Source: Macrostomum hystrix (taxonomy: Eukaryota; Animalia; Platyhelminthes). Taken from it: a stretch of 64,000 bases of DNA. A model generated the notes under the pieces. It ran no database searches. It was not told the DNA's origin and saw only the letters and a program-made list of their open reading frames with translations. This document shows, in pieces, positions 24,537 to 35,478 of the stretch. Position numbers and translations under genes: made by a program. The number at the start of each line of letters is the position of its first letter. Position 1 is the stretch's first letter. Location of the stretch: NCBI GenBank assembly GCA_950097015.1, contig CATNEN010000032.1:806001-870000 (forward strand), given 5' to 3'.

Positions 24537-26015
24537 TTATCTAGCTGAGCCTTGCTGCTTTAAAACCGGAACTATTGGCGCTGACACTGTTGGATTTTCA
24601 ACTGGGTAAATTATTCCCGCACTCAGTAGTCTCTTGAGCTCAGTCTCTACCATAGACTTCATTGAAAAGGGCAGAGATCTGGCAGGGTACCGCATACCTT
24701 CCATTTTTGCATCCGAGCGAAGGCGGAAACTCGCAAGAAATCTGTCGTTTGCATCGCGCACAACTGGTAGGCAAAGGACGTCTTTAGAAATGCTACTGTC
24801 GAAGTGCAATAGGTTTAGGCGCGATAGGAAATCCATGCTGAGAATGGCCATCGAATCGTTTCCAACATAGACATGTCCAATAGCGTATCTTCTGTCAGAC
24901 AGAGTAATGGTTGCATCCGGAATGACTGAATATATGGTGGGCTGAAAGCCACCGTAGGACCTGAGCATTTTCGAAATCGGTTTGGATGGTAGATTGGAAA
25001 TATCGGCAACATTCTTGGGTATAATGGTAACTTGACTCCCAGTATCCACTAGCATCTTAACGCTCGCATCTCCGATCTTGCAGGTAGCAAACCACTGATC
25101 CGTTGGGTCTCCGATGCCAGCTGCTGTGTAGACTGCTCCCACATGCTCATGGCTAGCATCTTCTGATCTTACTACGCTTTGCACTGCATTCACAGTCTTC
25201 GAACGACAAACTGCTGCAAGATGTCCAACTTTTCCACACTTTCGACATTGCGCGTCCCTAAAGCGGCACTTTGATCTGACGTGTCCTACCTTTCCGCAGG
25301 TGTGGCATTGTCCAGTTTCATGAGGCTTCGAATGTCTCTTGCGATTGATCGAATTGTAATGCTGTTTATTGTAAGCCGGGGCCTTCTTCTCTTGCTTAAA
25401 AGGTCCGGTATGGCCTTTGTTCTGCACCGCAGCGATTGCGTTCGACGGATTCGTAGCCACATTAATTGATTCGGCCAGCAAGCCATCTTGAATTGCAGCG
25501 GCCAAAGCGAGATCCTCTTTCGAAAGGAGCTTCTGCTTCAGTGCTTGATTGCGTAGGCCGAATATGAACTGCGACAGAATGAGTTCTTCTCGGAGATCGC
25601 CGAACTGGCATTTATGTGCCTGACGCTTCAGAATTTCAACGAAGGTAGAAATCGACTCGCCCTCCTTCTGCACCATTGAATGAAGCACATGCCTCTCGTA
25701 GTGAAGTAACGTTTTGGGCTTGAAGTGTGTCGTTAGCGATGTCTGAATATTTTCGTAAGTCACCTCATCCTTAGCGGTGTCTTTTGGCTTTAAAAGCTCC
25801 TCTATTAGAGTGAAAGCTGCGTCTCCGCACGTTGCCAAAAGTACAGCTTTGGATTGTTCCCGCTTGCCTGAAGCCACCAGGTAAAACTGCAGTCTCTTGA
25901 AGTACTGCTCGATCTCAGGATAAGAAAGCGGTAGTTCTCCGAGTCGTAAATCTAGCGACGACTGAGCCATTGAAATTGCTGGTCTGAAGTAGTCAGTATT
26001 ATACCACTTGCTCAA
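24537..26015 (-). CDS. gag: Gypsy Gag plus aspartic protease
   Basis: Two CCHC knuckles (CHTCGKVGHVRSKC and CRKCGKVGHLAAVC) and protease motif LVDTGSQVTI. Confidence 0.95.
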   Translation of the reverse strand: MSKWYNTDYFRPAISMAQSSLDLRLGELPLSYPEIEQYFKRLQFYLVASGKREQSKAVLLATCGDAAFTLIEELLKPKDTAKDEVTYENIQTSLTTHFKPKTLLHYERHVLHSMVQKEGESISTFVEILKRQAHKCQFGDLREELILSQFIFGLRNQALKQKLLSKEDLALAAAIQDGLLAESINVATNPSNAIAAVQNKGHTGPFKQEKKAPAYNKQHYNSINRKRHSKPHETGQCHTCGKVGHVRSKCRFRDAQCRKCGKVGHLAAVCRSKTVNAVQSVVRSEDASHEHVGAVYTAAGIGDPTDQWFATCKIGDASVKMLVDTGSQVTIIPKNVADISNLPSKPISKMLRSYGGFQPTIYSVIPDATITLSDRRYAIGHVYVGNDSMAILSMDFLSRLNLLHFDSSISKDVLCLPVVRDANDRFLASFRLRSDAKMEGMRYPARSLPFSMKSMVETELKRLLSAGIIYPVENPTVSAPIVPVLKQQGSAR

Positions 26016-26043
26016 GACCTCCAGCGTGTTTACCTCGTCGCCA

Positions 26044-26273
26044 TGTTACGTTTTGAATAACGCGAAGTCGGTAAAACTTTTGGGAAGTTAAAAGTTGAAG
26101 TGTCTTAGCGGTAGCGCGCTCGTAGCTTGTTTATATTTAAACGAAAAGTATCGAGACTTGAAGCAAATAAATGTGTACAGTCGAACTTAATCCCTATGAA
26201 CCATAGACTAATATCTAAATCAAAAGTCCGTCTATGAATGACTATAATTAGTTAGCAAAGCAAATACACAACA
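26044..26273 (-). repeat. 5-prime LTR
   Basis: Identical by eye to 21902-22131. Confidence 0.97.
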
Positions 26274-27659
26274 AGTATAATCGGCATTATCAACACGACA
26301 ATGAAGACCGACATTTAAATGCGCATCAATTACATTAGCCATGCAAAAGTAAAAAACCCAGACAAATCAAAGTGTGTGGTGTGAAAAGCGTCAAAACACG
26401 TCCTGAAAGGTGATAATGTTCAAATAAAAAGTTTCAACAACACAAAGACACATAAGGTGATTTCTACTGACTGCTACATTCCTTCCTGCATTTAGATGCA
26501 CAAAAAATGCAGAAACTGAATATGCACTTGTTTTAATAAAAGCTATTCAAAAATCTCGACGCAAGCATTTTCTGCAAGGCGGTCGGTTTATCAATGAAAA
26601 AACTAAAAAAGTAGCAATCATTCAGGATTTAATCATCAAAATGAAAACCGTTTGCCAAACGGGAAGCAACCACAAAAAGTTTAACTACCACAGATACTGT
26701 TTATCATCATCGGAACTAGCAAAATCTTTCAATAGCAAATAACGGATGCTTCAAAAATGATAGTGTCCAAAATTTGTACCCCTTACCTTCATTTACTCAA
26801 TAGGATCCAGACACGACACACGTTAACCAATCTAGCCGTGTCGTTAGAATGTAGACAACATTCCGCGTCGATTGAAGCCATCCGCGCTCAAATCCATCAG
26901 GAATTCGCAGACTTATACACAAAAGTACACACAAATATGCACAATGTACACGCTGTGCATAATTACATTTTCAGGTACTAATCCTAACAGGTAATACGTG
27001 TAGCGACGGCAGTATTTTTCCCATATACCCACATGGGATGTGCATCTTTCAATACCAAGCTCAAGGAGTATTACGCCCTTTTCGCCTCCAGCCGTAGGTT
27101 TGAGCACAGCAAGGTCTGCACCGGTCCCGAACCCGACCTTTCCCCAGTCTGGGTGGACTTTCTCAGCCCGGGTAGGGCCGAAAGGTGCGCGCAATATCTT
27201 GTTAGACGCAAAACAATATTTCCAGTAGATTGACGCATCATTCGACAAATTCGGAGCCGGATTTCGCGAAATGCGCGCTTCAAAAGGAGAAAAATACCAA
27301 TTTTTCACTAAAGTGCATGTGCACTATTATGTACTTTTAGTACACTTGCGATGTACTTTTATCAACGCCGACTCAGTATGTCATGTGCCCTAATGTTGTG
27401 CACACTACATTGCTTGCGGCTAAGCTGTCCGACTGTTTGTCTTCGAAAAAAAAATTTTTTACTCCACTAAGGTCGGCATGCATTTTCGAGAAAACGGCAA
27501 AAATGCACGTTTTGAACTGCATTTCCAAGTACTGCTTGATAACCGTGCATTGCATAGAGTCGCCTTGCATAGCGTCGTGTAGCAGGCATCCGTGCCGAAT
27601 TTTTGACACCACTTGCGCAGTGCAACTACCTGCCATTCAGCTGCAGTATCGTGCAGCAC

Positions 27660-27713
27660 GCAAGTGTAAAATCTGGCGCAGCCAGATCTGGCTGCGCCAG
27701 ATTTTACACTTGC
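27660..27713. repeat. Perfect 54-bp palindrome with no loop
   Basis: gcaagtgtaaaatctggcgcagccaga|tctggctgcgccagattttacacttgc. Confidence 0.95.
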
Positions 27714-28062
27714 TTCATCAGATATCAAGCGCGCGGTACACTCGCAGTCCGTTGAGTCACACCTCGCTGGAAAGAACTCACCGAGTACAAAAAACGACAC
27801 CACCCGCGTGACAATCGATTCAGCCCTTGGGGAGCTGCGCTGGAAAATGTAACCCAAAAAAGCAGTACCAAAAAGTATGTTTTTTGCACTTTTACCATAG
27901 ACTATGAGGAAATTGAAAAATCGCTTTCCTGCCTCGCCTGGGCCAGGCCTGCCCGCAACTTTTGTGTCTCAACTTTTCTCCGTGCCAGAAAAAATGTGCG
28001 CTGGAAATGAGTTTGCGTAAAATCGATTTCCAAAAAATGGCAGTTTTCCGTTGCCCTGACGG

Positions 28063-28076
28063 GTTGCCATAGCAAC
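28063..28076. promoter_or_regulatory. RFX X-box-like motif in the Helentron 5-prime region
   Basis: gttgccatagcaac matches the X-box consensus GTTGCCATGGCAAC at 13 of 14 positions. Function is inferred. Confidence 0.4.
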
Positions 28077-28366
28077 CAACCGCCATAAATCGGATAACCC
28101 TATAAGTTACCTACCCAACGACACCACCCGCGAGGCAAACGGTTGAGGCATTCTCAAATGGCGCCCAATATACCTTGAAAATGCGTTATTTTCGAGGTGT
28201 TTTCTATCTCACTACGTACGCTGGATCTTAGGTGGGGCTCACTCCGATTTCGCCCCTCGGCCTCTACCAAGGCCTCGGTGCTCGGCGCTTCGCGCCTCGC
28301 GGCTCAATACTACGTTCGCCCCCAACTAGCAGCTGCTTTTCAGCCAGCCTCAACCATGGTTAGTCA

Positions 28367-29410
28367 ATGAATTTCCTCTATCTTCATAACCTCCTACAAG
28401 ACGGTCCGCATCGGGAGCCACGCGTTTACCTCGATAGACGGAATTTCGCTGTCAGTGCTGAATTCACACGAAGATTCCGACTGAGTCCAGCTACTGCGGA
28501 GCATCTTGTGCAAAGAATTGGTCCTCAGCTGGCGCCTTCTACGCAGCGAAATTGTGCTCTGTCCCCACGGGAACAAATCTTGACTGCTCTGCGCTTCTAC
28601 GCAACGAATAGCTTTTATCACGTGCTACGGGACGCGCATGGCCCATCGACTGCATCCGTCTGCCGTGCAGTGCGCAATGTGTCACAGGCTGTGAATGAGC
28701 AGCTCTTCCAGGAGCAGGTGCGCTGGCCCGAGTATTCGCACCGAATCGGCCGTGACTTTTTTCGAGTCGCTCGCATGCCATCCGTGTGCGGCCTGGTGGA
28801 TGGAACGTTGGTCCCAATCATCGCCCCGAGAGTCAATGAGGAGCACATTTGTGGACCGTAAGGGCCAACAATCATTGAACGTGATGCTCGTGTCAGGTCC
28901 CCAAGATCAATTCCTGGCATGTAACGCGTCCTGGCCGGGAAGTGTGAACGACGTTCGCGTGCTGCGTAATAGCAGCGTGTATGATGCGTTCGAGAACGCA
29001 GGATTTCGACCATTTCACGATGCAGACTTATTGGGAGACTCAATCTACCCATGCCTTAAATGGCTGGTCCCACCTGTCCACGGTGACAATCTCCCGGATG
29101 CATCTCGGCGGTTCAACCGGGCACATCGAGTGACGCACTCCTCGGTCGAGCGGAGCATTGGCCAACTGAAGCTCAGGTTTCCGTGTCTGCGGATGCTGCG
29201 CGTGGCGACCCCCGAGTTGGCTGGTGAGATTGTGAAGACCTGCGTCACACTACACAATCTCTGCATAAGCATCGAGGGAGAAGTTGACGACAACATCGTG
29301 CAGAACTACAACATCACGGAGGAAGAAGACGCTGGAGGACATCAGCTCACGTTGCTCCTCACGGAGCTCGCCGACGGGACAGGCTTGTGGCCGGTTTCGC
29401 GGCACAATGA
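28367..29410 (+). pseudogene. Harbinger DDE transposase (H3), frameshifts near 28850 and 29350
   Basis: GLVDGTLVPI, FVDRKGQQSLNVMLVSG, WPGSVNDVRVLRNS, LGDSIYP, HSSVERSIGQLKLRFPCL and TCVTLHNLC. Confidence 0.92.
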
Positions 29411-29805
29411 GTGGCGCTATTGTGGTCTACACTGTGGTTGTCGTTTGTCAGTGGTAACAAACCATTGCTACTTTACATGCGATATTTGTGTCCAAATTTG
29501 TGTCGAAATTTTGTTTTGGGTGTTCATGTGTCTGTTATATGTTTTTGCATGTTTTTGGAAGGAAGTGGTCACTGTATTACTACATGTACCTTCGGGATAT
29601 GAAAGCAAAATAGATAAGGCCAAACAGCCCACCGTCAATTGTCAACGCTTCAATAAACGCATATTATCCATTGTGTATTTCCAGCACGATACTATGATGT
29701 ATGTGCCTGAAAAACGATTGTAACATCGACATACATGTACTGACATGTACTGACAGTAGCAGTAACAACAAACCTTGAGCAGCTAAAGACACCACACTGC
29801 AAGGC

Positions 29806-30492
29806 TTAAATACCATCATGCACCGACCTCGTCTTCAACTCCAGGATCTCGAGCTTCAGCTTCTCGTTTCGCAACCGTAAATTTTCGAGCAGCAACTCTT
29901 CCTTCTCGTCGTATATCTTGCGCTTCAGCTGCTTCCTTGGAGTGTCAGGTTCTGGATCTTGAATTGGACTATGTGCTTCAGCCAGCAGTTCTATAATCGA
30001 AGGCCCGCCAGATTTGCAACGCGAGTGAGCGTCCGATGGTCCACCAGTCTCACTCTCGACTTGTGTCGATCGAAGAACGGCCATCTCCATGCCTTTTCCT
30101 AAACTGCTAGAAGACTTCGATTGCGCTTCACCGTTCAAAACGTTTGAGTCTTCAAGACTCATTCCGACGACACTGGCACTCTCCCTTCCGATGATCTGCA
30201 GCACGAGATCGTCCAGTTCGGTGATTTTGCGCTCAACGCCCCCATCGCTTCCTGTCTTTCTTCTTTCATCGTTCTTCTTAATTGCTCCCAGCCTCAGATT
30301 TTTCCAGAGCGTGTCTCTCAGCTGCGTCACCGATTTGTCTACACCGTGAGCCACCATGATGCTTTGCACTTCGTTCCATGCTTGCTGCTTTCTCTTCTTA
30401 CCGTCCGCATAGTCGTCGAATTTTCACATAAGGACATCCTTCCGTCGTAGCATCTCAAGCAGAAACAGCTTCTTGGTCTCGTTCGACACCAT
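29806..30492 (-). pseudogene. Harbinger Myb/SANT-like protein (H3), small lesion near 30425
   Basis: MVSNETKKLFLLEM... then QAWNEVQSIM...QLRDTLWKNLR; convergent with the H3 transposase. Confidence 0.85.
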
Positions 30493-30712
30493 GGCAGAAT
30501 AGTCACAGACGGGCCGATCCAGCGACAACCAGAAAATGATGTACGCGTCTCCTTTGGTATGTATACTACTTGCAGGAAACTTTTCCGGCTGGGGAGAACT
30601 TCTGCTTCAATAATGCGGGCGCGAGACACGATAAAGTCAAGGACCACTAGAAGAAGAAGGACGGGACACTTCGTTTCTTAGAAAATTTATTAAAGGCAGA
30701 TAATTTTACGGA

Positions 30713-30875
30713 AAAATGCACTAGCGAGATAGGAACTTTTCACTTTTTTTCAAATTAAAAATGTTGATAACTTTGATAATGTTGATAACTTTTAATGTTG
30801 ATAAAAATGTTGAAAAATGCACTAGCGAGATAGGAACTTTTCACTTTTTTTCAAATTAAAAATGTTGATAACTTT
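30713..30875. repeat. Tandem duplication of about 60 bp (period about 100 bp) with ttgataa subrepeats
   Basis: aaaaatgcactagcgagataggaacttttcactttttttcaaattaaaaatgttgataactt occurs twice. Confidence 0.85.
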
Positions 30876-31089
30876 TTATTGGAAGCAGATACAAAGCTCT
30901 TCTTTTGATATAACTTACAAAATTTTCTAACTTGATTTTATTTTTTGGCTTTTTTTACTACTGATGGCTGGTCCTAAGAGTAGTGTGAGAGAAAATTAAC
31001 TGAGTATCAGAATTGTACCTTCAATATTCTCTACAAGATTACTAAGTGGCTTTAAGCGCGAAAAGTTAGGTCCTTTTTAGTTAATCAGT

Positions 31090-32931
31090 CTTCACTAGCT
31101 CGCCGCTTCTGTACAGAGGTAAGTTTGTACTTGGCCTCGGGACCAAGGCGATTGAGAGAGTCCTTCACCGCAGTCCAGGATTTTGTCCCATTTTCCTTTG
31201 GAATCCGGAAGACTTTGGAGAGAACACCTGTTGAATGATAGGCCAAAAGACAGTAAAAGTACTGTTGAAATATTTCAATGAAACCTAATAGTCAGCATAT
31301 CTAGTCTTGTTGCAAAAAATGTGATTTCAAATTGTATAATCTACTTTAGATACACAATGTAAAATGTTGGAAGGAACTCCACTGCAAAAACATAATCAGG
31401 GAAGAATTAGCACATACGCTTTAAGTCGTCTATGATCTCCTTGGATGCCATCGGGCGCGGTGACGATCCTACGTACGTACCGAAGATGTGCTGCTGCATG
31501 TACACAGTGCCGTACCTGGCAATCCCATATGCGCGCATGTACTTCGACGTCGTTGATCTTGGAAAGTCCATAAGCGTGTGCATTTGCCCATCAGGTCCAG
31601 AAAACTCCTGCATGTTTATGAGAGATAGTTGCACTTGCAGTAATAAATGTGACTTTAAGTTGCATAGGGTACATAGCATGTAAATATACTAAACCTAACT
31701 TTTCCTCTGACAACAGAGCAAGCGTTGTATTTTACAGAATAAGAGTTATTTTGAAAAGGAGATTAAGAAAAATTCTAGTTCTAATGATTCAGTTCACGAG
31801 AAAACAGTAAGAAATATTGCATTGCAAAATGTTTGCCAACATACTTCGTTCATGAACTCGGAAGCAGGCGGAACGTGCAGGCCATCGGCTTGCGTCCTGG
31901 AAGACTTTTTTAGTTTGTGGGCAAAGAAGCGCTTGAGACTGTCTGGAACATGTCAAACGTTTTAAACATTTGGCTTGACTTATATCACAAGTTACTGCAA
32001 AATTAAATTAGTAAGTCTTGACTAGAGTGGAAATGAACTTTTAACTTGGATAATAAATTATCCATGATCACCACTGCAAATAAGGCAGCAACAGCTCGGG
32101 CAGCAAAGGGGCACAAAGCAGCGACGAGGCGAGGAATGCGGCACATAATGCGTGCATTGTGGATAGAGTAAATAAAAATGCGAGATCAAGAACTAAATAA
32201 ATTCATGGGACAGCACACAGGGAGCAAGCAAGTGGCTTATTCACCGAAGGGCTGAAAAGCCTGTGGCACAGTCGGCGAGGGACGGAGTTAACCCACTATA
32301 TTATACATAACAGGCCCAGTGCCATGTAAGCAACAATGACATTCCATATTCAACATTCCAAACATACCTATCGACTCGTGTAACTCTTCCCGAGTGATAT
32401 AATTCGTTTGATTGACAGCCAACATAGAGTTGGTAGTGTTTCATTTAGAAAGTAGATCTCTGGGTAGCCCACGCTGCTCTTCAGTAGCAATTGCTGCATG
32501 CTGGTCCTGATTGTCATTGAGCACACCCAAGCTACCAACAGAAGCAGATGATTGGAGATGCAAAGTTGTTGGCGGCTGACTTTTACGCTTCTTGGTAGTC
32601 TTGGAGTTTGAAGCAATAGGAGTCGAAGCTATGCCAATCCCACTCCAAGAAGCCCCTTGACCATTAGAGGTACACGTGGACATTCTTTATCTGGCCTGTA
32701 TGATGCATCAAGGTCAGAGTCATCACCTTCAGAGCTAGAGCTACTCTCAACATCTGGACCAGCTGCATTCTGTAGATACATTTTCATGTGTGATTGAACA
32801 CCATCAGAAAGGCATCCACTATCTTTGTTGTCAGAAATGAACTCTTCCAGTTCCCTTTCAATCTGTATGATTCGCAAGCTGGACTCAGATGCAATAAACA
32901 TACCATTATACACTCCATCATGAAGCACCAA
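31090..32931 (-). CDS. Unassigned multi-exon ORF cluster
   Basis: Short GC-richer minus-strand open segments (32931-32629, 32683-32441, about 31960-31830, 31630-31410, 31240-31090) separated by AT-rich intron-like DNA. No family recognised. Confidence 0.35.
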
Positions 32932-35478
32932 TCGGTAGTCACTGCCCTGAAAAAATTAAGTACATATTGTATTAATTAAGAAATTACAAAAAAACAATAT
33001 GATATTACCAAAAATTGGAATATGCATTTACATGCTCATAATAAAACTATATACCTTGTTAAAGAAGTAATCAAATTATATATTTATGTTAAGCAGCCCA
33101 ATGTTAATTCTATGATAATATCAACTAAGGTACATTAGCCTGACTTCCAGAAATTGTTGTCACAATAATTGTCAAAGAAAAACTATATGAAAAATCAATA
33201 CTTTTAACTTTTCTAGCCAGTTTCTATTATTTGTTTTATCTATCAAATCAAGACACTGGCACAGGGGTAGTTACAAATTCCATGTCTAAAATTGTATTTA
33301 AAAAATCGAAATAATTGGAATTAGGGAGCAGGGGAGCATAGGGCCTAATCATATATGGACATGGGGGCCATGCCCAAGCATAGCTAGACTACAAAAGCAA
33401 GGACATGGTGAATACAACATACATTGTCAAAATAAAGCTATCCACTAAACAACAATAGAAATAGCAGGAGAGATCAATAACTTACAAAGACAAATGTAAT
33501 AAAATGAATGTCCTAGCTGGAGCGAGAGGAATTTTAAAGCTAGCGACTATTCACTATTCACCGGGGTCGGTGTCCTACCAATCGTTTCAATAGCAGCAGG
33601 GAATCTGAAATTAAATAGCGTTAGAGTACTAGGGTAGCAAGCGAAGCGGAATAGGAAATGTCGTCCTCCGGCCCGGCGAAACTCCCAATGAAAAAGGAAT
33701 AACACAGTGTGAACACAAGACTCGAATAATTTGATTAGAAGTGATTTGATCAGCTGTGACTAAGATTCCAGATACGAATAGGAATTACTTTGAATATCGT
33801 TTACTTGACTTAAAAGTTATACTGACAGAATATATGTTCGCACAGAAATAAATTATAGCGCGCTCACAGTGAGAAGCAAGTCTGGCCTAACAATTTGGAT
33901 ATAACAATTTTACCTAACTGGCCTAATCCGCGCCCTACTCTTCCCGAGAGGCTCCGGTTGTCTCTGCTTTCAGCGCTGCCCCGACAAATCCTATCGGTTG
34001 GCACTCCTTCTGCCGGACGGCGGAGTCTCCGAAGAGAGCACGTACTGACTTCGACAACCAGCGCCTATCTAGACCACCCTTGTCAGCGGCGCACTCTCAA
34101 GACGCGTAGCGCCGAAAGCTACCTAACTGAACAAGCGGAGCGTGGTCGGGCGGGGAAGGACAAAACAAGTGGACTTAATTTGCTGGCGCGTGCTTCTCAC
34201 AGTGTGAGGCGAATTGCCGATAGCGATAATTTGCACGTGCTTCTCACAGTGTGAGGCGGATTGCAGAAAAAGATAATTTTGGACTACCAAAAACACGCTT
34301 CGTTATATAGAGTCATTTCAACCCCAAACTAGGTCGATCGGCGAGGTGGATGCCTGGCTGTAGCTTGAGCCAAGGTGACAAATCACAGTAGACTTGCGAC
34401 CGCCGTTCTGAGCCCCGGGGTTGCTTCTTGCCGAGGGTAGACAGGTAGTGAGGCCAGGTCGCTCGCTGATTGGCCGGGACCGTAGCCCAGGGGTAGCGCT
34501 CGCGGGGTGGTGGGCGTCCGTTCCCCCAGCTGTTCCGGCCCGGCTTGGCGTGGTTGACTCTTAGCAAAAAACACACGCGTCTAAAAATAGATAATTAAGC
34601 ACTGAAAAATAACACGGGGAGATAGAAGTACAAACAAGCTGACACTACACAAACTTAGTTGATGTGTCCACATTTGCTAAAGCAATACTTCCTCGAGCAA
34701 AATTATGGTAGGTTTTCGTTTTTCTAATAAAAAAAGAAGATATTTTCCATCGTACCTATTGGTTGCATTCATTAGCCTAGCTGGTGGCTTCGGAACTCCT
34801 AGAGATGAACGCATATTAGGCTCTGGAATATAACTAGCATGCCATACAAGTTAAGTCGTGCCAAAGCCAAGCCAAGGAATTACAAGAGCAGAAAAAAATG
34901 TAAATGTGCAATTACATATTGGTCAAAATAATTTCTAAATTTACTTTAACAAATGTATTGCTTCAAAAAATATTTAGTGACCAGCCAGACACAAAGAGAC
35001 ACAACGGGACAATTGGCGAGCAAGGCGAGCAACGCGCGGGAGGCGCACAGCGAAAAAGCGACCTCCAAGCTTTGTATTTTTTTTTAACGGGTTACAAAGA
35101 ATTGAAAAAGGTAATATTTGTATTCGAGTTAAAAGCAGAAATTGAATTAAAAAAAAACTCAAGCGGAGAGCTGCGCGCAAATTGAATCCGAAAACGTGGT
35201 GAGAGGCTCACCTAAAAAGGCTAGCAGGCGGCGGGGGGTGGGGGACGGCCCCACCCCACACAGATGCACAGAGACAGCAAGGGGGCGGGCTGATCACTAA
35301 AGCCGGTTTGCACAGGCGCAAGCACCTATGCAAACCAAAGCATTAGTGACCAGCCAGACACAAAGAGACACAACGGGACAATTGGCGAGCAAGGCGAGCA
35401 ACGCGCGGGAGGCGCACAGCGAAAAAGCGACCTCCAAACCCCAAAGCGAGCAAGCGAACAAAAGCAGAAGGCTGGGAG

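Larger units (their letters stand above)
21902..26273 (-). mobile_element. Gypsy/Ty3 LTR retrotransposon (Mag-like), full length, inserted in the Helentron
   Basis: Two 230-bp LTRs (TG...CA), 5-bp TSD AGTAT (21897-21901 and 26274-26278), PBS tggcgacgagg immediately inside the 5-prime LTR, purine tract next to the 3-prime LTR, and domain order gag-PR-RT-RH-INT. Confidence 0.97.
11627..28325 (-). mobile_element. Helentron/Helitron2-type rolling-circle element (about 16.7 kb including the Gypsy insertion), non-autonomous
   Basis: Inverted subterminal repeat tgggggcgaac (11658-11668 and 28314-28324). 3-prime stem aagactgcagtctt (11638-11651) followed by cttacttaCTAG+ttt. 5-prime GAA hairpin ggcgcgaagcgcc (28284-28296). 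Removing the element rejoins two copies of a 39-bp tandem unit at a T-run. Rep and PIF1 coding sequence lie inside. Confidence 0.8.

Noticed and set aside
11594-28362. The shared 39-bp flank as a long target-site duplication
   Set aside because: The two copies differ at several positions and a third partial unit (tagcc) follows, which fits a pre-existing tandem repeat better.
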